DNA from: Clostridia bacterium
GTDB lineage: Bacteria; Bacillota; Clostridia; TANB77; CAG-508
Reading direction: 5' to 3'
Assembly (NCBI GenBank): GCA_900770385.1
Contig: CAAGKK010000041.1
Span: forward strand, 67,557 to 131,556
Length of the DNA: 64,000 nucleotides
Below the pieces are notes generated by a model. It was not told the DNA's origin. It ran no database searches and worked only from the letters and a program-made list of their open reading frames with translations. How positions within the stretch are numbered: position 1 is the stretch's first letter; the number at the start of each line of letters is the position of its first letter. Below are positions 8,513 to 18,943 of the stretch, in pieces. The position numbers were made by a program, and so were the translations under genes.

Positions 8513-9103
8513 ATGAGAATAGGAATTGATATAGATAATACTTTAAATAAAGTACAAGATAAGTTAAATAAAGCCGCATTTGATTATGCAATTAGTTTAG
8601 GTAAAAAAATAGACAACTATGATAATCCGTTAGAAGATATAAAAAATAATGGTGATACATATAAGAAAAAATTTCAATTTAGTTATGAAGAACTTAAGTA
8701 TTTCTTAAAGGAAATCCAAGAAGATATCACAAATAATGCTTTACCAAGAGAAAATGTAAAAGAAGTAATAGATAAACTAAAAGAAGATAGACATGAAATA
8801 TATATTGTTACAGCAAGAGATTCAGAATTTCATGATGATCCATACAAATTAAGTAAAGATTGGTTGGATAAAAATAATATTTATTATGATAGATTAATTG
8901 TAAATGCTAGAGAAAAAGCATCAGTGTGTAAAAACGAAAATATTGATTTATTTATAGATGATCAACTTAACAACTGCTTGAGTGTTGCAAATGTTGGAAT
9001 AAAAACAATTATGATAACAGATAGAATTTATAATTATAATGAAATAACACAATTACAAAACTGGAATGAAATATATAATTACATAAATGAAATGGAGCAA
9101 TAA
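8513..9103 (+). CDS. HAD-superfamily phosphatase, 5'(3')-deoxyribonucleotidase-like
   Basis: N-terminal IGIDIDNTL (DxD motif I), IVTAR, FIDDQ; paralog of 58924..59520. Confidence 0.6.
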   Translation: MRIGIDIDNTLNKVQDKLNKAAFDYAISLGKKIDNYDNPLEDIKNNGDTYKKKFQFSYEELKYFLKEIQEDITNNALPRENVKEVIDKLKEDRHEIYIVTARDSEFHDDPYKLSKDWLDKNNIYYDRLIVNAREKASVCKNENIDLFIDDQLNNCLSVANVGIKTIMITDRIYNYNEITQLQNWNEIYNYINEMEQ

Positions 9104-10276
9104 ATGAACAAAATAAAAAATGAAAATAAAATACTAATAATGTTAGCATTTTTTAGTATATCAGTTGGATTATGGGGGAATTTTAGACAGCTATGGTTAC
9201 AAGATAATAATTTTTCTGTTACTAACATAAGTAATATAATAAGTATTGGAACATTAATAAGTGTTATAGTTATTGCTTTTATTGGAAAATATATAAGCCT
9301 AGATAAATTGAAAAATGCACTAGTAATTGTTCTATTAATAAAATTTATAAATATTTTTTTGTTATATTTTTTAAATGGAACAAGTTCTATAGAATTAATT
9401 AGATTATCAATAATAATAGATATTGTAACAGAGTTTATAATTATTACAAGTATTTATCCTTTGATTACAACATTGTTAAAGTCTGAAACTATTTATAGTA
9501 AAAGAAGATTAACAGAGTACTTATTTAGAGACATAGGAATTTTATTTGGTGGAGTATTTATAGGTAAAAGCATTGCAGGAATAATTATTAATTATAATGT
9601 ATGTTTATTTATAGCAAATATATTTTTAATTTGTTCATTATTTATATTATTAAATATTAAAATTACAAATGTTTCAAATAATGAAGAATATAAGAAGATA
9701 TCATCAAAATATATTTTTAAAGATAAACTCTTAATATTATATTTAATTTATATGCTAATTGGAACAATAGCAATGTCCACAGCATTGGGGCTAAAAATGT
9801 TAACATTAACAAATTATTTTAAATTTAGTGATAGTGTAGCAACTAATTACTTATTAGTAATAGGTTTATTAGCAGATATATTTGGAATAATTGCTTTAAA
9901 ATATTTAACACCTAAAAATGATTATGTAACATTAACTATAAAATTTGGAATCAGATTTTTAGGATATGTAATAGCATTTGTATCAAATAATATAGTAATT
10001 ACATTAATTGCAATTACTTGGTCAATTTTTATTTCTACTTCGTATGAAAATATATGTGATGCAGTATATATAAATAGATTAGAGAACAAATATCAATTAA
10101 GTTTTTCAAATGTATGCCATATTACCAGATTTTTAGGAGAAGCAATAGGCGTATTTTTATGTGGGTTAATGTATGAACAAGGATTAAGATATATGTTTGG
10201 ATTATCAGCTTTGTTTATGATATTTCAAATAAGTTTAGCTTATTATATGATATATTTGAGAAATAAAGAAAATTAA
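9104..10276 (+). CDS. polytopic membrane transporter (MFS-like)
   Basis: 390 aa, about 12 hydrophobic segments; called from architecture only. Confidence 0.55.
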   Translation: MNKIKNENKILIMLAFFSISVGLWGNFRQLWLQDNNFSVTNISNIISIGTLISVIVIAFIGKYISLDKLKNALVIVLLIKFINIFLLYFLNGTSSIELIRLSIIIDIVTEFIIITSIYPLITTLLKSETIYSKRRLTEYLFRDIGILFGGVFIGKSIAGIIINYNVCLFIANIFLICSLFILLNIKITNVSNNEEYKKISSKYIFKDKLLILYLIYMLIGTIAMSTALGLKMLTLTNYFKFSDSVATNYLLVIGLLADIFGIIALKYLTPKNDYVTLTIKFGIRFLGYVIAFVSNNIVITLIAITWSIFISTSYENICDAVYINRLENKYQLSFSNVCHITRFLGEAIGVFLCGLMYEQGLRYMFGLSALFMIFQISLAYYMIYLRNKEN

Positions 10277-10542
10277 ATGGAAGGAAAATTATCAGAACTT
10301 TTTATACATACAAAAAATAAGTAGGGAATAGGGGAATAAGCTATTTTAAAAAAAGTATAAAATATTAAAATAAATTTAAAAACGAAAAAATAAATATATA
10401 AAAAATTTATTCTATTAAAATATAAGACAAAAATTTCTTAAAAAGATGAAACTTAAAATTTAGACTTAAAATCCAAAATTTAATTAAGATTTAAATTTTT
10501 AAATTTTGTGTAAAGTTAATTTTATTATATAAATTTCATAAG

Positions 10543-10555
10543 CGAACATTTGTTG
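10543..10555 (+). promoter_or_regulatory. weak LexA-like box inside the ORF-free spacer
   Basis: CGAAC-ATTT-GTTG, imperfect match to CGAAC-N4-GTTCG. Confidence 0.25.
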
Positions 10556-10657
10556 TGATTGTTTGTAATAATTTTGTATTATAATTTAACAAATTCATTT
10601 GTATATAATATTATAAGTTATAGTTTACAAATCTATAATTTAATTTATATTTATGAC

Positions 10658-11035
10658 ACGCTAAAATCGATTTTAAGACATTTTTGTAATTAATTAAACA
10701 AGTTATATGCTTATGATTAAATGTATAAATTTATAAATCTAGTATTTACTATAAATTTTTAGTAAAAATACTGATTTTAAGGGATTTATTAAGATGCTTA
10801 AAAAAGGCTAAAAAAACGACGCACGAGAATCGATTTTAAGGCGTTTTTAAAATTTAGCAATATAACTTGTTGTCCAAAAAATAAACTAAAATATGAATTT
10901 AAGAGAATTTGAAGAATTTATAAAAATTTACAAATTATAATATCAAAATTTAAATAAAATAATAATATTAGATTAAAATTATATAAGTAAAAAATATTAA
11001 CACATTAGAATTGATTTTAAGAGTTTTTTATTAAA
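10658..11035 (+). repeat. five dispersed direct copies of a motif of about 25 nt, core GATTTTAAG
   Basis: cores at 10669, 10773, 10832, 10895 (GAATTTAAG) and 11013; best copies: cacgctaaaatcGATTTTAAGacattttt, cacgagaatcGATTTTAAGgcgttttt, cacattagaattGATTTTAAGagtttttt. Confidence 0.6.
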
Positions 11036-11162
11036 AAGTAATATACGGTATTATCTATAAAAAATTGTTAAAACGAGAGTACATTAAAGAATAGTAAATT
11101 TCTAAGAAGAGGTACTTAAAATAAATAATTTCTATTTTTGTCCTACCTTTATTTGCACAAAA

Positions 11163-11184
11163 CTTTGATTTTGTGCAATGTTGT
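11163..11184 (+). repeat. 22-nt direct repeat, left copy, flanking the ECF/ABC module
   Basis: ctttgattttgtgcaatgttgt versus ctttgattttgcgcaatgttat at 14942..14963 (20/22); it overlaps the 9-bp-stem hairpin tgcacaaaa..ttttgtgca. Confidence 0.5.
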
Positions 11185-11310
11185 ATAAATAAAAATAGAG
11201 CCTAAAAGTCTCCTTTTAAGCTCCACTCCTCTATTCTATATCATTATCATTTTTAAAACTCTTACTTGCTTTTTCCAAAAATATCCTAAAATAAAATTTA
11301 ATTTTATTAC

Positions 11311-12561
11311 TTATTCTACCTGATGTTTACTATATGTTTTCTTTGCACAAATTAATGCTATAACCATCATAAAAATATAAGTAATTATAGTCATCATAGG
11401 TAAATCAATAACAATATTTCCTAACTTATATGATACCATTTGAGAAAAGTTTGAATAAATCGCATTATATGGCATTAAGAATAATATTTTATTTAATATT
11501 CCAAAAGCTGACTTTATGCTCAAAAATACTGGTAACATAATAATAGCAATATCTATTACTAATACTGTCATAGGATTTTTTAGTTTAGATGACAAGAATA
11601 ATGTTAATCCCACCATACCAAACAATACTGTATATGAAATCACTATATTATATAAAAGTGACTGGAAGAATGTTAGTGCGTATGGACTTAATATGTTAGA
11701 AAGTTGTATTGGTAAATTTCCTCCATCTGTACCAAACATTAAGAATATTGTTCCTATTGCAAATATTAAATATATTGTAAATACTAATGTTGCAAATATA
11801 TAAGATGCGATTATTTTCGCAGTTACACCTTTACTTTTTCCATACTTTGTGGTTAATAATATTTTATCTGTACCATTTTGATACTCTCCTGCAAAAACAG
11901 ATGCTAAACATATACATATAGCAATTACTCCAAATATAAGTAATTCATAAGTGTTATACAAATTAGAATATCCATAATAAAAATCATATTCAAATGGTGT
12001 TTTTGTGTTATTAGACTTCTCTAACCAATATTCTTTTTCTTGAGGTGTATATTTTTTTCCATCATAACTTTGATTTAATTCTTCTTCTATTCTTTGTTGT
12101 CTTATTTCATAAAAATCTTTCTGTTCTTTTAAATTTAGATTAAATAATTCAGTTATATAGCTAGTATTATAATTTGCATATACACGGTTTATATTTGTTA
12201 ATAAATCAAGTCTATTATTTAAATATTTATTATAAATTTCAATACTAAAATCCTTTTCTCCATCACTATTTGTAATAAGATTATTTGGATCATTATGCAA
12301 CTCTTGTAATTTTTCTATTTCTTTTATAATCTTTTCATTTGTTAAAGTTCCAGAAATCTCTTTCATTTGTTCTTTTCTAACACTAATAGCCTCTTTACCT
12401 TTATAAAATTTTCCACTCTTATCTGTTGCTAGAAAATCTTTACCTGCCATAGAAAATAGTAATGTTATTAAAAACAAACAAACTATGATTACAATAATAT
12501 TCATTTTTTTATTAAATAATTTCTTTAATTCAAATTTCACTAATGTTCCCATATTGTTCAT
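11311..12561 (-). CDS. ABC-2-type transporter permease
   Basis: N-terminal TM, large extracytoplasmic loop, C-terminal cluster of 5 TMs; immediately downstream of the ABC ATPase. Confidence 0.65.
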   Translation of the reverse strand: MNNMGTLVKFELKKLFNKKMNIIVIIVCLFLITLLFSMAGKDFLATDKSGKFYKGKEAISVRKEQMKEISGTLTNEKIIKEIEKLQELHNDPNNLITNSDGEKDFSIEIYNKYLNNRLDLLTNINRVYANYNTSYITELFNLNLKEQKDFYEIRQQRIEEELNQSYDGKKYTPQEKEYWLEKSNNTKTPFEYDFYYGYSNLYNTYELLIFGVIAICICLASVFAGEYQNGTDKILLTTKYGKSKGVTAKIIASYIFATLVFTIYLIFAIGTIFLMFGTDGGNLPIQLSNILSPYALTFFQSLLYNIVISYTVLFGMVGLTLFLSSKLKNPMTVLVIDIAIIMLPVFLSIKSAFGILNKILFLMPYNAIYSNFSQMVSYKLGNIVIDLPMMTIITYIFMMVIALICAKKTYSKHQVE

Positions 12562-12572
12562 TCCTTTCTTTT

Positions 12573-13445
12573 CTATTTTTCATTATCTTGAAAATATGCT
12601 AAATATAAATCTTCTAAATTAGGTTCTATATTAACAGCATTCACATTTGGTTTTTGCCTACTTACAATTCTTAATTCTGTTGTATTATTTTCTTGATGAA
12701 TATTAATAATACAATATTTATGATTCAGCATTTCTACTTCTTTTTTATCATAAGCAACACATTTCCATACACTGCCTCTTAAATCTTGTAAAAGTTCTTC
12801 TGGCGTTCCTGTTAATATCTTTTTACCTGCTTTCATCACAATAATTTCATCTGCAATAAATTCAATATCTGATACAATATGAGTTGATAATATTACAATT
12901 TTATCTTGTGAAAAACTACTAATTAAGTTTCTAAACTTTACCCTTTCTTTTGGGTCTAGTCCTGCTGTTGGCTCATCTAAAATTAGAATCTTTGGGTTAT
13001 TTAACATTGCTTGTGCAATTCCTAATCTTTGTTTCATTCCACCAGAAAATGTCTTTACTTTTTGTTTTTTTTCATTTTCCAAATTAACTATTTGTAATAA
13101 CTCATTCACTTTCATTTCAGCCTTTTCTTTTGATAATCCCTTTAATGCAGCAATATACATTAAAAAATCATAAGCTGTAAAATCTGGATAGTATCCAAAA
13201 TCTTGTGGTAAATAACCAAGAACTTGTCTGTAATCCTCCCCTAGTTTTTTGATATCTGTTCCATTATATTTAATTTGACCAGAAGTTGGATTTTGAATAC
13301 CACATATCATTCTCATAAGTGTTGTTTTTCCTGCTCCATTTGCACCAAGTAATCCATAAACTCCTGGTTTTAGTTTTATAGAAACTCTATCCACTGCAAT
13401 TTTATTTTTATATTGTTTTGTTAGCCTATCTATTGCAAGTTCCAT
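12573..13445 (-). CDS. ABC transporter ATP-binding protein
   Basis: Walker A GANGAGKTT, signature FSGGMKQRLGIAQA, Walker B ILILDEPTAGLD. Confidence 0.92.
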   Translation of the reverse strand: MELAIDRLTKQYKNKIAVDRVSIKLKPGVYGLLGANGAGKTTLMRMICGIQNPTSGQIKYNGTDIKKLGEDYRQVLGYLPQDFGYYPDFTAYDFLMYIAALKGLSKEKAEMKVNELLQIVNLENEKKQKVKTFSGGMKQRLGIAQAMLNNPKILILDEPTAGLDPKERVKFRNLISSFSQDKIVILSTHIVSDIEFIADEIIVMKAGKKILTGTPEELLQDLRGSVWKCVAYDKKEVEMLNHKYCIINIHQENNTTELRIVSRQKPNVNAVNIEPNLEDLYLAYFQDNEK

Positions 13446-14173
13446 ATATAATCATCCTCCTCTTCATAAAATTGATAAACAGCTTTTATAAAATAAAATA
13501 CTGTTATAATTAATAAACCTAACCATACTAAAACACTTGAAGTTTCATAAACACTAGGAAACTTTATATTAATTTTAAATAAAATCGCATTGATTAATAA
13601 CATTATCGTCATATTTACAATTTCGTTTGACTTATTTTTTAATAAACGCATTGTTAAAATGTTAGCAACATTGGTTATCATAAATGGCACTAAAAAATAA
13701 AGAATTAATACATAACTTTCCTGTTCAAAATGAGTTCCAGTCATAACTGCAAATACTGTCATTATACATAAATTAATAAATGTATTAATTATTAATTTAA
13801 TTGAAATCAATTCTTTTAAGTCCATTTTACAACTCATTTCAATTTCATACATATTATATTTAAAACTTTTCTCTAACTCCATTATTTGAAGAAATGCTAA
13901 TATTGGCATTACAAGTGATAAAATTAGCCTTGTTTTCTCAAAATTCATAGATTTTATAACTAATATTCCTACCAATAATAGAATAAATTGGAAAAGGAAA
14001 GTAATTTTACTCATAAAAGGAATATATCTTTTTATCTTTTCAAAATAGCTTTCCTTTACTGTTATTTCTGTATTTGCTATTTCCATTTTTAATATTTCTA
14101 TTGATTGCCTTTTTTTATTTTCATCTATACTTGGCAATTCTCTTTTGTTTAAAATTTTTCTCCACTTATCCAT
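13430..14173 (-). CDS. polytopic membrane protein, possible anti-sigma partner of the ECF sigma
   Basis: 247 aa, cytoplasmic N-terminus then about 6 TMs; sits between the ECF sigma and ABC genes with overlapping or near-abutting ends; no zinc anti-sigma (HxxxCxxC) motif seen. Confidence 0.4.
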   Translation of the reverse strand: MDKWRKILNKRELPSIDENKKRQSIEILKMEIANTEITVKESYFEKIKRYIPFMSKITFLFQFILLLVGILVIKSMNFEKTRLILSLVMPILAFLQIMELEKSFKYNMYEIEMSCKMDLKELISIKLIINTFINLCIMTVFAVMTGTHFEQESYVLILYFLVPFMITNVANILTMRLLKNKSNEIVNMTIMLLINAILFKINIKFPSVYETSSVLVWLGLLIITVFYFIKAVYQFYEEEDDYIWNLQ

Positions 14174-14177
14174 CTAA

Positions 14178-14705
14178 TTAAAAGTCCTCCTTTCCTAAAT
14201 ACCTACTCAATTTTTCTATTCCCTGCTTTAGCCTTGATTTAATGGTAGGGACTTTTTCATCAAGTATTTTAGATATATCTTTAATTTTCAAATCTTCATA
14301 ATACTTCAAAATAATTACTTCTTTTTGTTTTTCTGGTAGCTCTTTTAATGCTTTATCAATTGAATTTTTTTGTTCTATTCTTGATAATTCATTAGAATCA
14401 TTTTCTTTATAAGTTTGATTATCATCTAATTCTTCTAACTCCACTTTATTCTCGTCAAAATAAGTATTACATACATTCATTGCTATTGTAATTAAATAAC
14501 TTTTAAATTTTCCTCTATGTTTATAAGTTCCTATATATTTAATCAATTTCAAGAATATTTCCTGTGTTAAATCATAAGAAAGTGAGCTATTTCCTGTTTT
14601 ATAATAACAAAATCTATAAATATCATCATAATATTTCTCAATTAATATCTCTAATAATTCTTTATTTCCGTGCTGTATTTTATAGATTAATTCTTTATCT
14701 TCCAA
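14178..14705 (-). CDS. ECF-type sigma-70 family sigma factor
   Basis: 175 aa; region 2 (YDDIYRFCYYKTGN..DLTQEIFLKL) and region 4 HTH (LPEKQKEVIILKYYEDLKIKDISKILDEKVPTIKSRL). Confidence 0.85.
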   Translation of the reverse strand: MEDKELIYKIQHGNKELLEILIEKYYDDIYRFCYYKTGNSSLSYDLTQEIFLKLIKYIGTYKHRGKFKSYLITIAMNVCNTYFDENKVELEELDDNQTYKENDSNELSRIEQKNSIDKALKELPEKQKEVIILKYYEDLKIKDISKILDEKVPTIKSRLKQGIEKLSRYLGKEDF

Positions 14706-14941
14706 GTAAATACCTCCTTTCTTTTATAAACTAGCTTACATATAATATAACCTAAAAAAATATAAAAAAGATTTAAAATTTTATTAAATTTTTAAATTTT
14801 TTCATTTTAATGTTTTATTAATTATAAATTAAATATATATTTTTGTATAATGTGCGATTTTAAATTTAAAATATTATTTTATTTCTTCATCTATATCTAT
14901 TATATTTCTTTTTTTACACTTGCTCTAAATTGGTCGTATTG

Positions 14942-14963
14942 CTTTGATTTTGCGCAATGTTAT
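14942..14963 (+). repeat. 22-nt direct repeat, right copy, flanking the ECF/ABC module
   Basis: 20/22 match to 11163..11184, same orientation. Confidence 0.5.
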
Positions 14964-15052
14964 GTTTAAGAATATTCAATTCTTACCTACTTTGTATATA
15001 AAAAAATTATTAAGAAAGCTTTAAAAACTCTCTTAATAATTTTTTATTTTTT

Positions 15053-16336
15053 CTATTTTAATATGTTTTTCATTTTATCTAAAAATTCATCATTATTTTT
15101 AGTAGAAATAATTTGATTTATTAATTGTTCTGTTACTTCTATTGTATTTAAATTTGATAAAGCTTTTCTGATTGAAAATACTGTTTCTAATTCTTTTGGT
15201 GTTAATAATAAATCTTCTCTTCTAGTTCCTGATTTATTTATATCTATTGCTGGGAAAATTCGTTTTTCTGAAAGTTTTCTATCTAAGTGTACTTCCATAT
15301 TACCTGTACCCTTAAATTCCTCGAAAATCACATCATCCATCCTACTACCTGTTTCTATTAATGCTGTTGCTAAGATAGTCAAACTACCACCATTTTCTAT
15401 ATTTCTAGCAGCTCCAAAGAATTTTTTTGGTTTATGTAAAGCACTTGGATCTAATCCCCCAGAAAGTGTTCTTCCAGATGTTGGTATAACTAAGTTATAT
15501 GCTCTAGCTAGTCTAGTTATACTATCTAATAATATAACAACATCTTTATTTTGTTCTGTTAATCTTTTTGCCCTTTCTAATACCATTTCTGCTACCTTTA
15601 CATGATGCTCAGGTAATTCATCAAAAGTTGAATATATTACTTCGCCATTTATAGATCTTTTCATATCTGTGACTTCTTCAGGTCTTTCATCTATAAGTAA
15701 TACAATTAATGTTACTTCTGGGTTATTTTTTGAGATACTATTAGCTATCTTTTTTAATAATGTAGTTTTTCCAACTTTTGGAGGAGCAACAATCATTCCT
15801 CTTTGTCCTTTTCCAACAGGAGACATTAAATCTATTATTCTCATAGCATATTCAGTAGGCACAGTTTCTAATTTTAGTCTTTCGGTAGGATATATAGGGG
15901 TTAAATCATCAAAATTTTTGCGTCTATAAGCGTTTTCAGGAGATTGTCCATTAACTTCTCCAACAAATATTAGTGCAGGGAATTTTTCTTCTTCCTTAGG
16001 CATTCTTGAAATACCTTTAATCATATCTCCTGTATTTAGTTTAAATCTTTTAATTTGAATTGGTGAAATATAAACATCTTTTGGTGTTGGTAAATAATTT
16101 TCACCTCTTAAAAAACCATAACCATCAGGTAGAACTTCTAGTATACCTTCAACAATAGTATCATCTTCATTTGTTAATTTATATCTTTCAGAATTTTTTT
16201 CTGTAACACCATTTGAACTTTTTTGTTCTGATAAAATATTAATTAAGTCTTCTTTTTTTAATTTTGATATATTTTTTATTTCTTTTTCTTTTGCTAATTC
16301 CTTTAATTGAGATAAAGTATACTCTTCTATCCCCAT
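15053..16336 (-). CDS. rho: transcription termination factor Rho
   Basis: Rho_N ([25 protein letters not shown]), cold-shock-like RNA-binding [14 protein letters not shown], Walker [35 protein letters not shown]. Confidence 0.96.
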   Translation of the reverse strand: MGIEEYTLSQLKELAKEKEIKNISKLKKEDLINILSEQKSSNGVTEKNSERYKLTNEDDTIVEGILEVLPDGYGFLRGENYLPTPKDVYISPIQIKRFKLNTGDMIKGISRMPKEEEKFPALIFVGEVNGQSPENAYRRKNFDDLTPIYPTERLKLETVPTEYAMRIIDLMSPVGKGQRGMIVAPPKVGKTTLLKKIANSISKNNPEVTLIVLLIDERPEEVTDMKRSINGEVIYSTFDELPEHHVKVAEMVLERAKRLTEQNKDVVILLDSITRLARAYNLVIPTSGRTLSGGLDPSALHKPKKFFGAARNIENGGSLTILATALIETGSRMDDVIFEEFKGTGNMEVHLDRKLSEKRIFPAIDINKSGTRREDLLLTPKELETVFSIRKALSNLNTIEVTEQLINQIISTKNNDEFLDKMKNILK

Positions 16337-16444
16337 AAGATACCCCCTACTTTATTATTTTTCATATTAATTTAATTTTTTGGAAAAAATAAGAATAAAA
16401 ATTTATAATAATATAAAGAAAAAATATTAAAAAATATTTTTTCT

Positions 16445-16726
16445 TTATTTATTGATATCAATATATACTCGTTCGTTATCTGAATACATGTCCAATTTCT
16501 CTCTAGCAATTTTTTCTATATAATCATCTGAATTTAAATTGTCTTTTTCATTAATTAAAGTTTGTTGATATAATTTTGCAGATTTAATTTTATCTTCATA
16601 ATAAGCTTGTTGAGAATTATATGAATTTAAAGTTTTTTGTTGATTAATTAATATTATACCAACATTTATAAATAAAATTGTTAGACATATTTTTTTTATA
16701 AATTTATTTTTAAAGATATTTTTCAT
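16445..16726 (-). CDS. divIC: septum formation initiator (DivIC/FtsB family)
   Basis: 93 aa, one TM plus coiled coil, C-terminal YIEKIAREKLDM motif; yabP-yabQ-divIC synteny. Confidence 0.65.
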   Translation of the reverse strand: MKNIFKNKFIKKICLTILFINVGIILINQQKTLNSYNSQQAYYEDKIKSAKLYQQTLINEKDNLNSDDYIEKIAREKLDMYSDNERVYIDINK

Positions 16727-16808
16727 AAGTAATCACTTTCATACTAAAATTTATATACTCATACGGAAATACCGTAATTAACTATATTATATTCTTCTAC
16801 AAATTATA

Positions 16809-17315
16809 CTAAATTCCTTCCTTTTTATCAAGTTTTTTGTTTAATATTTTAATATTTTTTATTTTATTAATTAATTTAGTAATATATTTACTAAAATTGA
16901 TACAAATAAAGTAAATAGGTTTTATAAAGACTTTTTTTAATATAGAAAATATAAAAATAAAAGGCTTTGTCAAAAAATATATTATTTTATAAATAAATGT
17001 TTTTATTATATTTAATATATACACATTTATTTTTATAAAAAAATTGCTAATAAATAACATATATATAATACTACCTATACTTATGCCTATAAAAATATAA
17101 AATCTTAATTCACCATTATTAAATTTAAATATAAATGCTAAAGTTAGTATACCTGTAAGAAACCAAAAGAGGATATCTTCAATATATGTAACTATATCTG
17201 TAGTTTTAAATGTTTTTCTTAAAATTCTAAAAATATCAAAAATAACACCTATTAATAAGCCTAGAATTGTAAATATAAAAAATGAATATAATTGCTCTAT
17301 ATTATTTGAATACAT
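16809..17315 (-). CDS. yabQ: spore cortex biosynthesis membrane protein YabQ-like
   Basis: small multi-TM protein directly downstream of yabP; synteny-based call. Confidence 0.5.
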   Translation of the reverse strand: MYSNNIEQLYSFFIFTILGLLIGVIFDIFRILRKTFKTTDIVTYIEDILFWFLTGILTLAFIFKFNNGELRFYIFIGISIGSIIYMLFISNFFIKINVYILNIIKTFIYKIIYFLTKPFIFIFSILKKVFIKPIYFICINFSKYITKLINKIKNIKILNKKLDKKEGI

Positions 17316-17324
17316 TCAAATCAC

Positions 17325-17621
17325 CTATTTAAAAATTTTACTAAGTAGACTTTCCCCTTTTTTTTCTAAATCTTTTTGACTATAAGATAAAGATAGTATT
17401 TCACCTTCTATAATTACTTCTGATGTATCAAGACTAAGTTTGTTAATTCTTAAATTATCCCCTTTTACTGTTAATAAGCCTAAATCGGTTTCAACAATAA
17501 CGATTTGATCATCAAAACTAATAACATCTAATACTCCTGAAATTGATAACTTGTTTCTATTTTCCAAAAGTAGGTTTTGGATAACATTTGTATTAACCAT
17601 TTTTCTTTCTTCAGCAGTCAT
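17325..17621 (-). CDS. yabP: sporulation protein YabP
   Basis: LSISGVLDVISFDDQIVIVETDLGLLTVKGDNLRINKLSLD matches the YabP family; start set at the ATG preceded by AAAGGAG (the ORF-track start at 17645 is probably too long). Confidence 0.8.
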   Translation of the reverse strand: MTAEERKMVNTNVIQNLLLENRNKLSISGVLDVISFDDQIVIVETDLGLLTVKGDNLRINKLSLDTSEVIIEGEILSLSYSQKDLEKKGESLLSKIFK

Positions 17622-17725
17622 AAATATCACTCCTTTTGTAAACATATATAGAATATATATTCAGGTTTCACATAAAATATAACTAAAAAAGAAAATAAAG
17701 GTTGATTTTAATTAAATTATTGCTT

Positions 17726-18925
17726 TTATATAGAATGTTTGCCTTTGCTATTTATGTTTCTGGCAAAGGTAATACTATTGTATCCGTATTTATTTTTTAT
17801 TTTATCTAAAGTATTATCTAAATCATCTAATTTATGACTTCTATTATCAAACAGAGTGATTTGTTCACTTTTATTATCTGTTAAATTATCAACCCTAATT
17901 CCTATTAATCTTACAAATTGAAAGTTGTAAAGACTATGTAAAAGAGATTTAGATATTGAATAAATTTCTTGCGAATTATTTGTTGGAGTTGATAATTTTT
18001 TTTGATGAGAATATGTTATAAACTCATTAGTTTTAATTTGAACATTAATAACATACCCCTTTAAATTCTGTTTTCTTAATCTAAACCCTATTTTTTCAGA
18101 TAATACTAATAGAATATGTTCTAATTCTTCTAAATTGTTAATATCTTTTGGTAATGTAATGGAATTACCAATACCTTTTGGATTTTCCTTTTTGGAATTA
18201 ATAATAGAATCATCTATCCCATTTGAATATTCCCATATTAATTTTCCAAACTTTCCAAACTTTTTGATTATAGTTGGTTTATCGTAATTAGCAAGGTCTT
18301 TTATTCTATAAATACCTAATAAATTAAGCTTAGGTACGCTTTTTTTACCAACCATAAATAAATTATCTATTGATAAATCCCACATTTTGTTCTTTATTTC
18401 ATCAGAATATAAAGTATGTATTTTATCTGGTTTTTCAAAATCAGAAGCCATTTTAGCTAATACTTTTCTATTAGATAGACCAATATTAACTGTATAGCCA
18501 AATTTTATTTTTATATCTGTACTAATTTTCTTAGCTATGCAAAAAAAGTCATTTCTACTTTTTATTAAATCTGAAAAATCTATAAAACATTCATCTATTG
18601 AAAATCTTTCAATAGCATCCGTATATGTCAATAGATACTTATATAAAGTATCTGAATATGTAGAATAAATTGAATGATTAGATGGAAATATTCTTAATTT
18701 AGGACATTTCTTTTTAGCTTGATATATTGTTTCGGCAGTTTTTATGCCAAACTGTTTTGCAATATTACTTTTAGCTAAAACAATTCCATGTCTTTGTTTT
18801 TCATCTCCACCAATAATTGATGCAATAGTTCTTATATCTGTATCAAATCCGTTTTTTAACATTTCTACAGCAGTCCAAGATAGAAAAGCATTATTAACAT
18901 CTATATGCATAATATATTTATTCAT
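17726..18925 (-). CDS. dinB: Y-family DNA polymerase IV
   Basis: HIDVNNAFLSWTAVE, GGDEKQRHGIVLAKSNIAKQFGIKTAE and SIDECFID motifs; start moved to 18925 because the longer ORF runs through the promoter. Confidence 0.85.
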   Translation of the reverse strand: MNKYIMHIDVNNAFLSWTAVEMLKNGFDTDIRTIASIIGGDEKQRHGIVLAKSNIAKQFGIKTAETIYQAKKKCPKLRIFPSNHSIYSTYSDTLYKYLLTYTDAIERFSIDECFIDFSDLIKSRNDFFCIAKKISTDIKIKFGYTVNIGLSNRKVLAKMASDFEKPDKIHTLYSDEIKNKMWDLSIDNLFMVGKKSVPKLNLLGIYRIKDLANYDKPTIIKKFGKFGKLIWEYSNGIDDSIINSKKENPKGIGNSITLPKDINNLEELEHILLVLSEKIGFRLRKQNLKGYVINVQIKTNEFITYSHQKKLSTPTNNSQEIYSISKSLLHSLYNFQFVRLIGIRVDNLTDNKSEQITLFDNRSHKLDDLDNTLDKIKNKYGYNSITFARNINSKGKHSI

Positions 18926-18943
18926 ATTAATATCACCACATAT

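Noticed and set aside
10277-10324. 15-codon ORF (MEGKLSELFIHTKNK) starting just after the stop codon of the MFS gene
   Set aside because: It is too short, has no RBS, and nothing distinguishes it from chance in this region.
10658-11035. Possible degenerate CRISPR array (repeat cores about 59-63 nt apart in the middle of the spacer)
   Set aside because: The repeats share only about 9-13 exact nucleotides, the flanks have diverged, the spacing is irregular (104/59/63/118 nt), and there are no cas genes or leader-like region in the window.
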